A DNA stretch of 64,000 bases from Holophagaceae bacterium (GTDB lineage: Bacteria > Acidobacteriota > Holophagae > Holophagales > Holophagaceae), in the NCBI GenBank assembly GCA_044229665.1, contig JBGASN010000004.1, positions 57,836 through 121,835 on the forward strand. The letters are read 5' to 3'. Positions 9,869 through 17,362 of the stretch are shown one piece after another. Numbering within the stretch: position 1 is the stretch's first letter; every line of letters starts with the position of its first letter. Below the pieces are notes generated by a model. That model had not been told where the DNA came from. It saw only the letters and a program-made list of their open reading frames with translations, and did no database searches. The position numbers and the translations under genes were made by a program.

Positions 9869-10930
9869 TTATTTGGAAAAGATGGCCTTCAGTTGTGCAT
9901 TGAGGTTGCGCACAAGTTCCGCATCGCAGCCGGCATCCACGGCGCCCTTGGAGATGGCCAGGGCCAGGTTCTTCACGGCCTCCGGGCCTTCGCCGGAGAT
10001 GATGGCCTGGGTGGCGCGGGCCTGGAGGCGGTTCACCATCTCGTGGTGGGCATCCGGCAGCACGCCCTTGGCGGCCTGGGAGATCCGCTGGGTGAAGGCG
10101 GTGAGCTTGGCCATGCGGACGGGATCCATCACGGGCGCCGCGGGGGCGGAGCCGGCGGTGGGGACCAGGGGCGCGGCCTGGGCCACACCACCCCCCACGG
10201 TCTCGATCATGGGTTCGTCGGCCAAGGGGAATCCGGCCACCGGGCGCGGGGGCGGGGCCTGGAGGCGGACGATGGCCGTCTGCTCCAGGGGATCGCTGTG
10301 CACGACCATGTCCTGGGCGGCCGGGATGGGCGCGGCCATCGGGGGGGCGGCCGGAGCCGGGGCCTCGACCTTGGGGGCCCGGCCGCTGCGCACGCCCTTG
10401 AGGGTCACGTGGCCCGCCATCACCAGGCCGTAGAGATCCTTGGCCACCTGGAGCACGGGGCGCTGCAGGACCTCCGCCAACTCGGACACGGAGTACCAGC
10501 CCGTGAGCAGGGCGAAGAGCTTGGCCTCGCGGGGGTTGACACCCTGGGGCGTCTCCCCGGGCAGCAGGTTGCTGGTGGGGTACAGGTCGAGGCTGGGCAC
10601 CTTCTGGCTGATGACCTTCCACTCGTTCATCCGCTGGCCCATCTCCATGAGCACGGCGGGCAGGGACTTGGTGATCGTGGTGGGCACGTCCTGCGGGCCC
10701 TCTTCAAAGCGGTAGGAGCCCTCCAGCCACAGGGCCACATCCAGCAAGGCCTCCCAGCCCTCCCCCTTGTGGGTGACCGCATGGACGAGGCGGCCATCCT
10801 TCAGGTGGATCTTGGCCCGGTGGTCGTCCATCTGGACGTGGAAGACGCCGGACTTGTTGCCCTGGGACACCAACTGGATGATGTCGGGCAGCGGCGCTTC
10901 GCGCATGGACCCTTGGATGACGCCGGACAT
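9869..10930 (-). CDS. DUF4388 (PATAN-type) domain protein
   Basis: The N-terminus (GSMREAPLPDIIQLVSQGNKSGVFHVQMDDHRAKIHLKDGRLVHA...GWEALLDVALWLEGSYRFEE) matches the DUF4388 pattern. A Pro/Ala-rich linker and a helical C-terminus follow. 9 nt upstream of the lipoprotein gene. Confidence 0.75.
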   Translation of the reverse strand: MSGVIQGSMREAPLPDIIQLVSQGNKSGVFHVQMDDHRAKIHLKDGRLVHAVTHKGEGWEALLDVALWLEGSYRFEEGPQDVPTTITKSLPAVLMEMGQRMNEWKVISQKVPSLDLYPTSNLLPGETPQGVNPREAKLFALLTGWYSVSELAEVLQRPVLQVAKDLYGLVMAGHVTLKGVRSGRAPKVEAPAPAAPPMAAPIPAAQDMVVHSDPLEQTAIVRLQAPPPRPVAGFPLADEPMIETVGGGVAQAAPLVPTAGSAPAAPVMDPVRMAKLTAFTQRISQAAKGVLPDAHHEMVNRLQARATQAIISGEGPEAVKNLALAISKGAVDAGCDAELVRNLNAQLKAIFSK

Positions 10931-11019
10931 GGGACTTCCTTTGGGAAAAGATGCTAAAGGGAATTGGGGAATCCTAGCATGATCCGGCCCAAAACCCCCA
11001 GGTACGGTAGATTTACAGC

Positions 11020-12099
11020 ATGAGCGCCCGCCCCTTCGCCCCCATCGAAGATGCCATCGAAGCCATCCGGCAGGGCCGGATGGTGGTCGTCGTGGACGAC
11101 GAGGATCGGGAGAACGAGGGGGACCTCACCATGGCTGCCTCGGCGGTGACCCCGGAGGCCATCGCCTTCATGGCCACCCAGGGACGGGGGCTGATCTGCG
11201 TGTCCCTGGAGGGTGAACTGCTGGATCGACTGCAGATCCCCATGATGGTGCGCGATAACTCCAGCCCCTTCGAGACTGCATTCTGCGTCTCGGTGGAGGC
11301 GCGTGAGGGCACCACCACCGGCATCAGCGCGGCCGACCGGGCCCGCACGGTCCAAGCCCTCATCGACCCGGCGTCGAAACCCTACGACTTCGTGAAGCCC
11401 GGCCACATGTTCCCCCTCCGGGCCCGCCAGGGGGGGGTGCTCACCCGTACGGGCCAGACCGAGGCCTCCGTGGACCTGGCCCGCCTCGCGGGGCTCCACC
11501 CCAGCGGTGTCATCTGCGAAATCATGAAGGAGGACGGCACCATGGCCCGGGTGCCGGACCTGGTGCCGTATTGCCGGCAGCATGGCCTCCTCATGGTCAC
11601 CGTGGCCGACCTGGTGGACTACCGCCTCCGCAAGGAGCGCCTCGTCGAGGAGGAGGAGGTCCGCGTGCTGGCCACCAGCTGGGGGCCAGTGAAGGTCCAC
11701 CGCTTCCGCAGCCTCCTGGATGGCGGGAGCCACCTGGCCTTCGTCCTGGGGGACCTGCAGGCCGGCGCCCCCCTCGTGCGGGTGCACCTCGAGACCCTGC
11801 CGGATGACCTCGAGGGCTTCGGGTCCGGCCTCTTCCAGAAGGGCATGGATGCCCTCGCCAAGGATGGCCGGGGCGTGATGGTCTACCTCCGCCGCCACGG
11901 TCGCACCGCCGGGGTGATGGGGGAGCGGACCCCCGCCCCCGCCGCCATGAACGACCGGGACTTCGGCGTGGGGGCCCAGATCCTCCGGCACCTGGGGATC
12001 GGGAAAATGCGGCTGCTCACCCGCCATGAAACCAAGTACATTGGCCTCAGCGGGTTCGGCCTGGACATCATCCAGAGCGTGGCCCTCCCCACCGCCTGA
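11020..12099 (+). CDS. ribB: 3,4-dihydroxy-2-butanone-4-phosphate synthase fused to a degenerate GTP cyclohydrolase II-like domain (RibBX-type)
   Basis: The N-terminal half (IEDAIEAIRQGRMVVVVDDEDRENEGDLTMAA...GRGLICVSL...TGISAADRA...PGHMFPL) is classic RibB. The C-terminal half aligns to RibA but contains no cysteine: VRVHLETLPDD...GFGSG replaces VHSECLTGD...RCDCG. Confidence 0.9.
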   Translation: MSARPFAPIEDAIEAIRQGRMVVVVDDEDRENEGDLTMAASAVTPEAIAFMATQGRGLICVSLEGELLDRLQIPMMVRDNSSPFETAFCVSVEAREGTTTGISAADRARTVQALIDPASKPYDFVKPGHMFPLRARQGGVLTRTGQTEASVDLARLAGLHPSGVICEIMKEDGTMARVPDLVPYCRQHGLLMVTVADLVDYRLRKERLVEEEEVRVLATSWGPVKVHRFRSLLDGGSHLAFVLGDLQAGAPLVRVHLETLPDDLEGFGSGLFQKGMDALAKDGRGVMVYLRRHGRTAGVMGERTPAPAAMNDRDFGVGAQILRHLGIGKMRLLTRHETKYIGLSGFGLDIIQSVALPTA

Positions 12100-12118
12100 C
12101 CTCCCCCCGACCCCGACC

Positions 12119-12613
12119 GTGATCAACACCTCCTTCCTGACCCACTCCCCCCTCTTCCAGAACCTGGACGAGACGGAACGCGCCCAGATCCTGATCATCG
12201 GGGTCGTCCGCACCCTGGCCCAGGACACGGTGATCTTCCGGGAGGGCGATGCGGGGGATGGCCTCTACATCGTGCTCAAGGGCAGCGTGCGCATCAGCAA
12301 GCGCAGCGCCACGGGCGAAGAGGCCCTGGCGGTGCTCGAGCCCCACAGCTACTTCGGGGAGATGGCCCTCATCGACAGCGCCACCCGCGCCGCCGATGCC
12401 ATCGCCAACGAAGGCACCGAGGTCTTCTTCATCCCCCTCAAGGAACTCCGGAGCCTGATCGAGGGCCACCACCAGCTGGCCCTCAAGATCCTCTACAGCC
12501 TCTGCGAGGTGCTGGCCCAGCGCCTGCGTGAGACCAATGAGCGCTACATGAGCATCTTCACCATCGCCCAGTGGGGCGGCTCCAACCCGGCCAGCCCCGA
12601 GCCCATGCCCTGA
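12119..12613 (+). CDS. Stand-alone cyclic-nucleotide-binding (CAP effector) domain protein
   Basis: ORF 12026-12613; in-frame GTG at 12119 lies 20 nt after the ribB stop. FLTHSPLFQNLDETERAQIL...FREGDAGDGLYIVLKGSVRI...FGEMALIDSATRAADA is the cNMP-binding beta-barrel signature. No DNA-binding output domain. Confidence 0.7.
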   Translation: MINTSFLTHSPLFQNLDETERAQILIIGVVRTLAQDTVIFREGDAGDGLYIVLKGSVRISKRSATGEEALAVLEPHSYFGEMALIDSATRAADAIANEGTEVFFIPLKELRSLIEGHHQLALKILYSLCEVLAQRLRETNERYMSIFTIAQWGGSNPASPEPMP

Positions 12614-12639
12614 AGTAGGGCCGACCGCTACGGGAATGA

Positions 12640-12667
12640 GAAGGGACCCGCCGAAGCGGGTCCCTTC
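12640..12667. terminator. Hairpin between convergent genes (candidate bidirectional terminator)
   Basis: Perfect 12-bp stem GAAGGGACCCGC / GCGGGTCCCTTC with a 4-nt loop CGAA, in the 69-nt gap between the convergent stops at 12613 and 12683. Confidence 0.7.
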
Positions 12668-12682
12668 CGGTTCAGGCCGGGC

Positions 12683-14566
12683 CTAGTGGGCCTCGCCGGA
12701 GTCCTTGTTGGGCTCGGGTTCGGCCGCGGCCGCCTGCTTGGCCTTGAGGGCGGCGTAGTAGGCGGGACGGGTCTCCCGCAGGTGGTCGCCCGAGGCGTTC
12801 CCCGTGAGCCAGGCCGTGTCCATGGGGTACACATCGGGATCGAAGATCACGAGGTACCAGTGCCACACCAGGATGCTGAGGGTGGCCAGGATGGCTTCAT
12901 ACCAGTGGGCGGCCGTGGCGGCATCCAGCACCCATTTGGGGAAGAGGCCGAGGCTCCAGTTCTCGAACCAGAGGAGGAAGCCGGTGACCGCCATGACCAC
13001 GGTGCCCCACATGAAGGCCCAGTACTCCATCTTCTCCGGGTACCCGAACATGCCGAAGGTGGGGCGCTCGGTGGTGAGCCCCAGGTTGTACCGGAGCATG
13101 TTCCAGATGTCCTTGGCATCCTGCCAGCCCGGCATGAGCTCGCGGATGATCACCCGATCCCGCTTGAACATGGCGAGGTGGATCAGGTGGAAGACCGTGC
13201 CGACCATCATGATCACCGCCGCGATGCGGTGGGCGACGCCGCGGAACCCACCATTGGGCACGAAGGTCTTCACCCACACCGACTCCGGATACTTCAGGGC
13301 GAAGCCCGTGAACACCAGGGTGATGAAGCTGACCACCACCAACCCGTGGGCGATGCGGAACTTCAGGTTCATGCGGGGCATCTGCTCCCCGGTGACGTGG
13401 GTGTGGGGCTTCCGGCGGGCCTTCTTGAAGAGGTCCAGGCCGTTGTGGAGCAGCATGAAGCCGATGGTCATGGGGATGAGGAGGTAGTAGATCCAGCGGA
13501 TCCATTTCACCGAGGGGTGCTCGGTGATCCCCGCGGAACGCACGTGCACGGGACCGGCCACGAACTTGTCGCCCAGGCCGGGGTGGCACTTCCCGCAGGT
13601 CTGGAGCAGGTTGGCCTTGTTCACCATGGACTTGGGGTCCTTGGAGGACAGGATGTTGTGCACCCCGTGGCAGGAGGCGCAGTTGGCGACGGTCTTCTGG
13701 CCGCCCCGGAGGGCCAGGCCGTGGAAGCTGTCCTCAAAGGCCGGCACCTGATCCTTGGGCAGGTTGTACCGCCCGGCGATGCGCTCATCCCCATGGCAGC
13801 GGGCGCAGGTGGCCGCGGACACCCGGGCGGGGTTCACCAGGCTGCCGGGCTCGGCGGGTGCGAGGATGTTGTGTTCCCCGTGGCAATCCGTGCAGACGGG
13901 CGCGCCCTTGAAGCCGGCCTTGGCCGCCTTGCCGTGCACGCTCTGCTCATAGGCCGCCTGCACATCGCTGTGGCAGGCCCCGCAGGTGCTGGAGATGTTC
14001 TCCCGGTTCACCTGTGCCTTGGGATCCTTGGAGGCCAGGATCCCGTGGCTGCCGTGGCAATCCGAGCACGTGGCCGCGGATTCCTCACCCTTGGCCGTGG
14101 CGCGGCCATGGACGCTGTTCCGATAGGCCTCCACCGGCTTGGCGAAGGGGATCTTGTGCTTGGCCAGGAACTCCGGATTGGAGTGGCAGGTGCCGCAGGT
14201 GTCGGGCAGGTGCTTCTTGGAGACCTTGGAGTCCGGGTTCGAGCCCCCCACGATGTCATGGGCCGTGCCATGGCAGGAAGCGCAGGTGGCGGCATCGGCC
14301 ATCCCGCTCTTGAAGGCCTTCCCATGCACGCTGTCGGGGTAGGCCTTGGCCGGCCCTGTGTGACAGCTGCCGCAGTTCACCTTCGGGAGCTTGTCGGCGT
14401 GGGGGAGCTTGGAAATCCCCGTGTGGCACTCGGTGCATACCAACTTCGCGTGGCTGCCCTTGGCGAACTTCTCCATGTCCAGACCATGGCATCCGTTGCA
14501 GTCCTCGACGGAGGGCTGCCCCGCGGTCAGCAGGAGCGAAAAGAATCCGGTGAGCAAGAGCCGCAT
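12683..14566 (-). CDS. CbcL-like fusion cytochrome: periplasmic 11-haem c-type domain plus C-terminal FdnI/HydC-type b-cytochrome membrane domain
   Basis: Signal peptide, then 11 CXXCH motifs (CNGCH, CTECH, CGSCH, CASCH, CGTCH, CSDCH, CGACH, CTDCH, CARCH, CASCH, CGKCH). About five TM helices with conserved His follow (LLHNG, IAHGL, VAHRI, FHLIHL, AAHWYEA, VWHWY). Confidence 0.9.
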   Translation of the reverse strand: MRLLLTGFFSLLLTAGQPSVEDCNGCHGLDMEKFAKGSHAKLVCTECHTGISKLPHADKLPKVNCGSCHTGPAKAYPDSVHGKAFKSGMADAATCASCHGTAHDIVGGSNPDSKVSKKHLPDTCGTCHSNPEFLAKHKIPFAKPVEAYRNSVHGRATAKGEESAATCSDCHGSHGILASKDPKAQVNRENISSTCGACHSDVQAAYEQSVHGKAAKAGFKGAPVCTDCHGEHNILAPAEPGSLVNPARVSAATCARCHGDERIAGRYNLPKDQVPAFEDSFHGLALRGGQKTVANCASCHGVHNILSSKDPKSMVNKANLLQTCGKCHPGLGDKFVAGPVHVRSAGITEHPSVKWIRWIYYLLIPMTIGFMLLHNGLDLFKKARRKPHTHVTGEQMPRMNLKFRIAHGLVVVSFITLVFTGFALKYPESVWVKTFVPNGGFRGVAHRIAAVIMMVGTVFHLIHLAMFKRDRVIIRELMPGWQDAKDIWNMLRYNLGLTTERPTFGMFGYPEKMEYWAFMWGTVVMAVTGFLLWFENWSLGLFPKWVLDAATAAHWYEAILATLSILVWHWYLVIFDPDVYPMDTAWLTGNASGDHLRETRPAYYAALKAKQAAAAEPEPNKDSGEAH

Positions 14567-14737
14567 GCGTCCCCCGTGGGATCCAAAGAACTGCGGTTTC
14601 AGACTCGGTCATCCGGTGATTGACCGGGGTCACGGAAGAACACTGATACTGAGAAGGAGTTTCCGCCGCCACCGAAAGGTTTGCGCCCGCGCTAAACTGG
14701 AGGTTCCGCAATGAACCCCCATTCCTCAAGGAGTCCC

Positions 14738-15058
14738 ATGTCGAACCTCGTGGCCCACATTTCCGACGCCGAATTCCCCGCTGCCGTCGCCCAGGGCGTC
14801 ACCCTCGTGGATTTCTGGGCCCCCTGGTGCGGCCCCTGCAAGATGATCGCCCCCGTGCTGGATGAGCTCGCCGGGGAGCTGGGCGGCAAGGCCAAGATCG
14901 TGAAGATCAACGTCGACGACAACCCCGAGGTGGCCGGCCAGTTCGGCATCATGAGCATCCCCACCCTGATCCTGTTCAAGGACGGCAAGCCCATGAACAA
15001 GCTCGTGGGCGGCCAGCCCAAGCCCCAGCTGAAGGCCTTCATCGAGAGTGCCCTCTAG
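14738..15058 (+). CDS. trxA: Thioredoxin
   Basis: ORF 14711-15058; the ATG at 14738 has AAGGAG 5 nt upstream. WCGPC active site; VLVDFWAPWCGPCKMIAPVLDE...GIMSIPTLILFKDG is canonical TrxA. Confidence 0.92.
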   Translation: MSNLVAHISDAEFPAAVAQGVTLVDFWAPWCGPCKMIAPVLDELAGELGGKAKIVKINVDDNPEVAGQFGIMSIPTLILFKDGKPMNKLVGGQPKPQLKAFIESAL

Positions 15059-15072
15059 GTCCTGCCCTCACG

Positions 15073-15108
15073 ACGTAAAAGCGGCGCCCCAGGGCGCCGC
15101 TTTTACGT
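15073..15108. terminator. Bidirectional intrinsic terminator
   Basis: Perfect 16-bp palindromic stem ACGTAAAAGCGGCGCC / GGCGCCGCTTTTACGT with a 4-nt loop. The GC core is followed by a T-run on both strands. It sits between the convergent trxA and response-regulator genes. Confidence 0.85.
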
Positions 15109-15120
15109 TCCGTGGTGGAG

Positions 15121-16032
15121 TCACTTCTTGAGGATCACCATCCGCACGGCGTTGCCCTTCTCATTGAAGTGCACCTCGTCGAGCACCGTCTGGATGAGGG
15201 GCAGGCCCCGGCCGCAGGTCCGCACCAGGTCGCTGGCGGAGCGGGGATCCAGCTTCTTGGTGTCGAACCCGTTCCCCTGGTCCTGGATCTCGACCTCGTA
15301 CCGCTGGGCGTTCACGAAGGTCTTCACCGTGACAAGGCGGGATGCGAACCCGTCGTCGCGCAGGCGTTCCCGACGCAACAAGGTGTAGGGGTCCTCTTCC
15401 GCGAAGAGGTCGCCCTTGAGGCTGCTCTGCAGCTCCAGGTTCCCATGCTCCAAGGCGTTCACCAGGGCTTCGTGGAAGGCCATGGCGAACACGTCCACGT
15501 TGGCCGGCTGGGCGAAGCCCATGGGCACCAGCCGATCCGTGAGGTGGAGGATGAGGCTGGGGATGTCCAGCTCATCGCTGCGGAAGCTGAAGGCGCGCCG
15601 CTCCTCCAGCAGGCCCTTGAGGCCGGCCTGGGCGAGGCGGAAATCGCGGTGCAGCTCCACCAGGTGGAAGACGCTCTTCACCAGGTCCCGGAGGGCCAGG
15701 GGCTTCATGAACAAATTGCTGGCGCCCATGCGGAGGGCGCGGATGGTGTACTCCACAGAAGCCGCGCCGGTCATCAGGACCACCGGGAGGTTGGGCTTCA
15801 TGGCCTTCACGCGGTGGATGACCTCGAAGCCATCCATCCCGTCCATGTTGATGTCGGAGAGCACCAGGTCGAAGGTGGGCGACATGGGATCCGCCAACAG
15901 CTTCATGGCCTCCTCCCCCTCGGAGAAGGGGTGGACCTTCATGCCGTGGGTGGTGAGGGCCTCGATCACCAGTTCCAGGACGGCCGAATCGTCATCGATG
16001 ACGAGGACATGCGGCGGCTGTGCGGTGATCAC
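15121..16032 (-). CDS. Response-regulator receiver domain fused to an RsbW/SpoIIAB-like HATPase (serine-kinase-type) domain
   Basis: ORF 15121-16566; GTG at 16032 is preceded by AAGGAG with a 7-nt spacer. REC motifs VLVIDDD...DLVLSDINMDGMDG...PVVLMTG...KP. The C-terminus has an N-box (HEALVNALEHGN), G1 (DQGNGFD) and G2 (GRGLPL). Confidence 0.8.
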   Translation of the reverse strand: MITAQPPHVLVIDDDSAVLELVIEALTTHGMKVHPFSEGEEAMKLLADPMSPTFDLVLSDINMDGMDGFEVIHRVKAMKPNLPVVLMTGAASVEYTIRALRMGASNLFMKPLALRDLVKSVFHLVELHRDFRLAQAGLKGLLEERRAFSFRSDELDIPSLILHLTDRLVPMGFAQPANVDVFAMAFHEALVNALEHGNLELQSSLKGDLFAEEDPYTLLRRERLRDDGFASRLVTVKTFVNAQRYEVEIQDQGNGFDTKKLDPRSASDLVRTCGRGLPLIQTVLDEVHFNEKGNAVRMVILKK

Positions 16033-16060
16033 CCGGGGGCTCCTTGGGGGTTGATCGAGA

Positions 16061-17317
16061 TTACATCCTTCTGAAGGGCGCCGGAAGCACCGGGGCCAGC
16101 ATCTCCAGCGCCCGATCCGTGGCCCCGAGCAGCCCGGCCAGGGCGGGGGCGGGCTCACCCGATCCCCGGAGCGCGGAATCCTCCAGGAGGCGCCCTGTTG
16201 CGGCCATGAGTCCGTGGGCCTCGACGACCTGGAGGCCCTGGGCCGCCCGGAGCGGCTCCACGAGATCTTCGAAGTTGGAGTACCCGGGGCCGATGAGCGT
16301 GGGCACCCCGAACCGGAGCGGCTCCAGGGGATTGTGTCCGCCCTGCCAGCACCAACCGCCCCCCACCAGGGCCACGGTGCCCTCGCCGTAGGCCCGGCTG
16401 AGTTCCCCCAGGGTGTCCAGCAGCAGCACCTCCACCGGGCCCCAAGGCGCTGCGGATTCAGGCCAGGCCTCCGAGGCCCGGCGATGGGGCACCCCCTCCA
16501 GGAGACGGGCGACCTCGGGAAACCGGCGCGGCTGCCGTGGCGCCAGGATGAGCCGCAGGTCCCCATGCTCTGCCTTCAGGGACCGCCAGAGCTCCAGAAC
16601 GAGTTCCTCCTCGCCCGCAACTGTGTTGCCCACCACAAGGATCGGGCTACCGCCCCAGGCGGCGCGGAGATGGGCCCATCCGCCATGCAGGGCCGGAGGG
16701 GGTGGGAGGTCAGCCTTCAGGTTCCCCGCCACGGCGACGGTGGGGGCGCCCAGGGATCGGAAGCCTTCGGCACTCTCGGCATCCCGGGCCGCGATCACCT
16801 GGAAACGCCGCACGGCCGCTGGAGCCAGAGGGTTCTTCAGGCTGCGCTCCGTGAGGCGGCCGTTCACCAGGGCGCGGGGGATGCCCGCCGCCTCGAGGCT
16901 GCGCAGGAGCCCTGGCCAGAGTTCCGTCTCCAAAGCCAGGTGGAGCCCGGGACGGGCCTCCAACCAGGGCCGCAGCCCCGCGACGTCGTCAAAGGGGAAG
17001 GCCCCCCCGCTCAGCAACCCGGATCCGGCATCCAGGGTGGGCAGGCGTCGGGCCAGCAGTTCGAGCCCTGCCGGTGTTCCCGTCGTGAGGTGCAACCGAT
17101 GGCCACGATCCCTCAGGCGCCCCACCAGGCCTTCCGCCACCAGCAGTTCGCCCACGCTCACGGCATGCACCCAGATCCAGCGACCGGCCGGCAGGTCCTC
17201 CGGAGGTCGCGCCTCCAGCCGGATCCGCCACCCCTCCGGCAGGCCTCGGCGCAGGGCCCGGGCCATCCCACCCACGACCATGGACAGACCGAAGTAACTC
17301 GCATCGCGGAAATCCAT
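16061..17317 (-). CDS. waaA: 3-deoxy-D-manno-octulosonic-acid (Kdo) transferase
   Basis: ORF 16061-18055, ATG at 17317 (MDFRDASYFG...). WVHAVSVGE motif, ETELWPGL, and the GT30 C-terminal pattern (GGSL-type ...GGHNPLEP...G.P...GP) are consistent with WaaA/KdtA. Confidence 0.85.
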   Translation of the reverse strand: MDFRDASYFGLSMVVGGMARALRRGLPEGWRIRLEARPPEDLPAGRWIWVHAVSVGELLVAEGLVGRLRDRGHRLHLTTGTPAGLELLARRLPTLDAGSGLLSGGAFPFDDVAGLRPWLEARPGLHLALETELWPGLLRSLEAAGIPRALVNGRLTERSLKNPLAPAAVRRFQVIAARDAESAEGFRSLGAPTVAVAGNLKADLPPPPALHGGWAHLRAAWGGSPILVVGNTVAGEEELVLELWRSLKAEHGDLRLILAPRQPRRFPEVARLLEGVPHRRASEAWPESAAPWGPVEVLLLDTLGELSRAYGEGTVALVGGGWCWQGGHNPLEPLRFGVPTLIGPGYSNFEDLVEPLRAAQGLQVVEAHGLMAATGRLLEDSALRGSGEPAPALAGLLGATDRALEMLAPVLPAPFRRM

Positions 17318-17362
17318 GCCTCCCAGTCTGAGGCCAGCCCCGCTCCTGCGACAATCGGTGCC

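Noticed and set aside
10931-11019. Possible FMN riboswitch upstream of the ribB fusion gene
   Set aside because: The spacer is only 89 nt and lacks the conserved RFN-element core sequences. It contains only a short ATGCTA...TAGCAT inverted repeat. It is more likely a plain divergent promoter region.
12686-14623. 645-aa ORF on the plus strand
   Set aside because: It is antisense to the 11-haem cytochrome gene. The CXXCH periodicity exists only in the minus frame.
14616-14633. GTGA-N10-TCAC inverted half-sites between the cytochrome gene and trxA, as a CRP/FNR-type site linked to the nearby cNMP-binding protein
   Set aside because: The spacing does not fit the CRP (TGTGA-N6-TCACA) or FNR (TTGAT-N4-ATCAA) consensus. 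The neighbouring cNMP-binding protein also has no DNA-binding domain.
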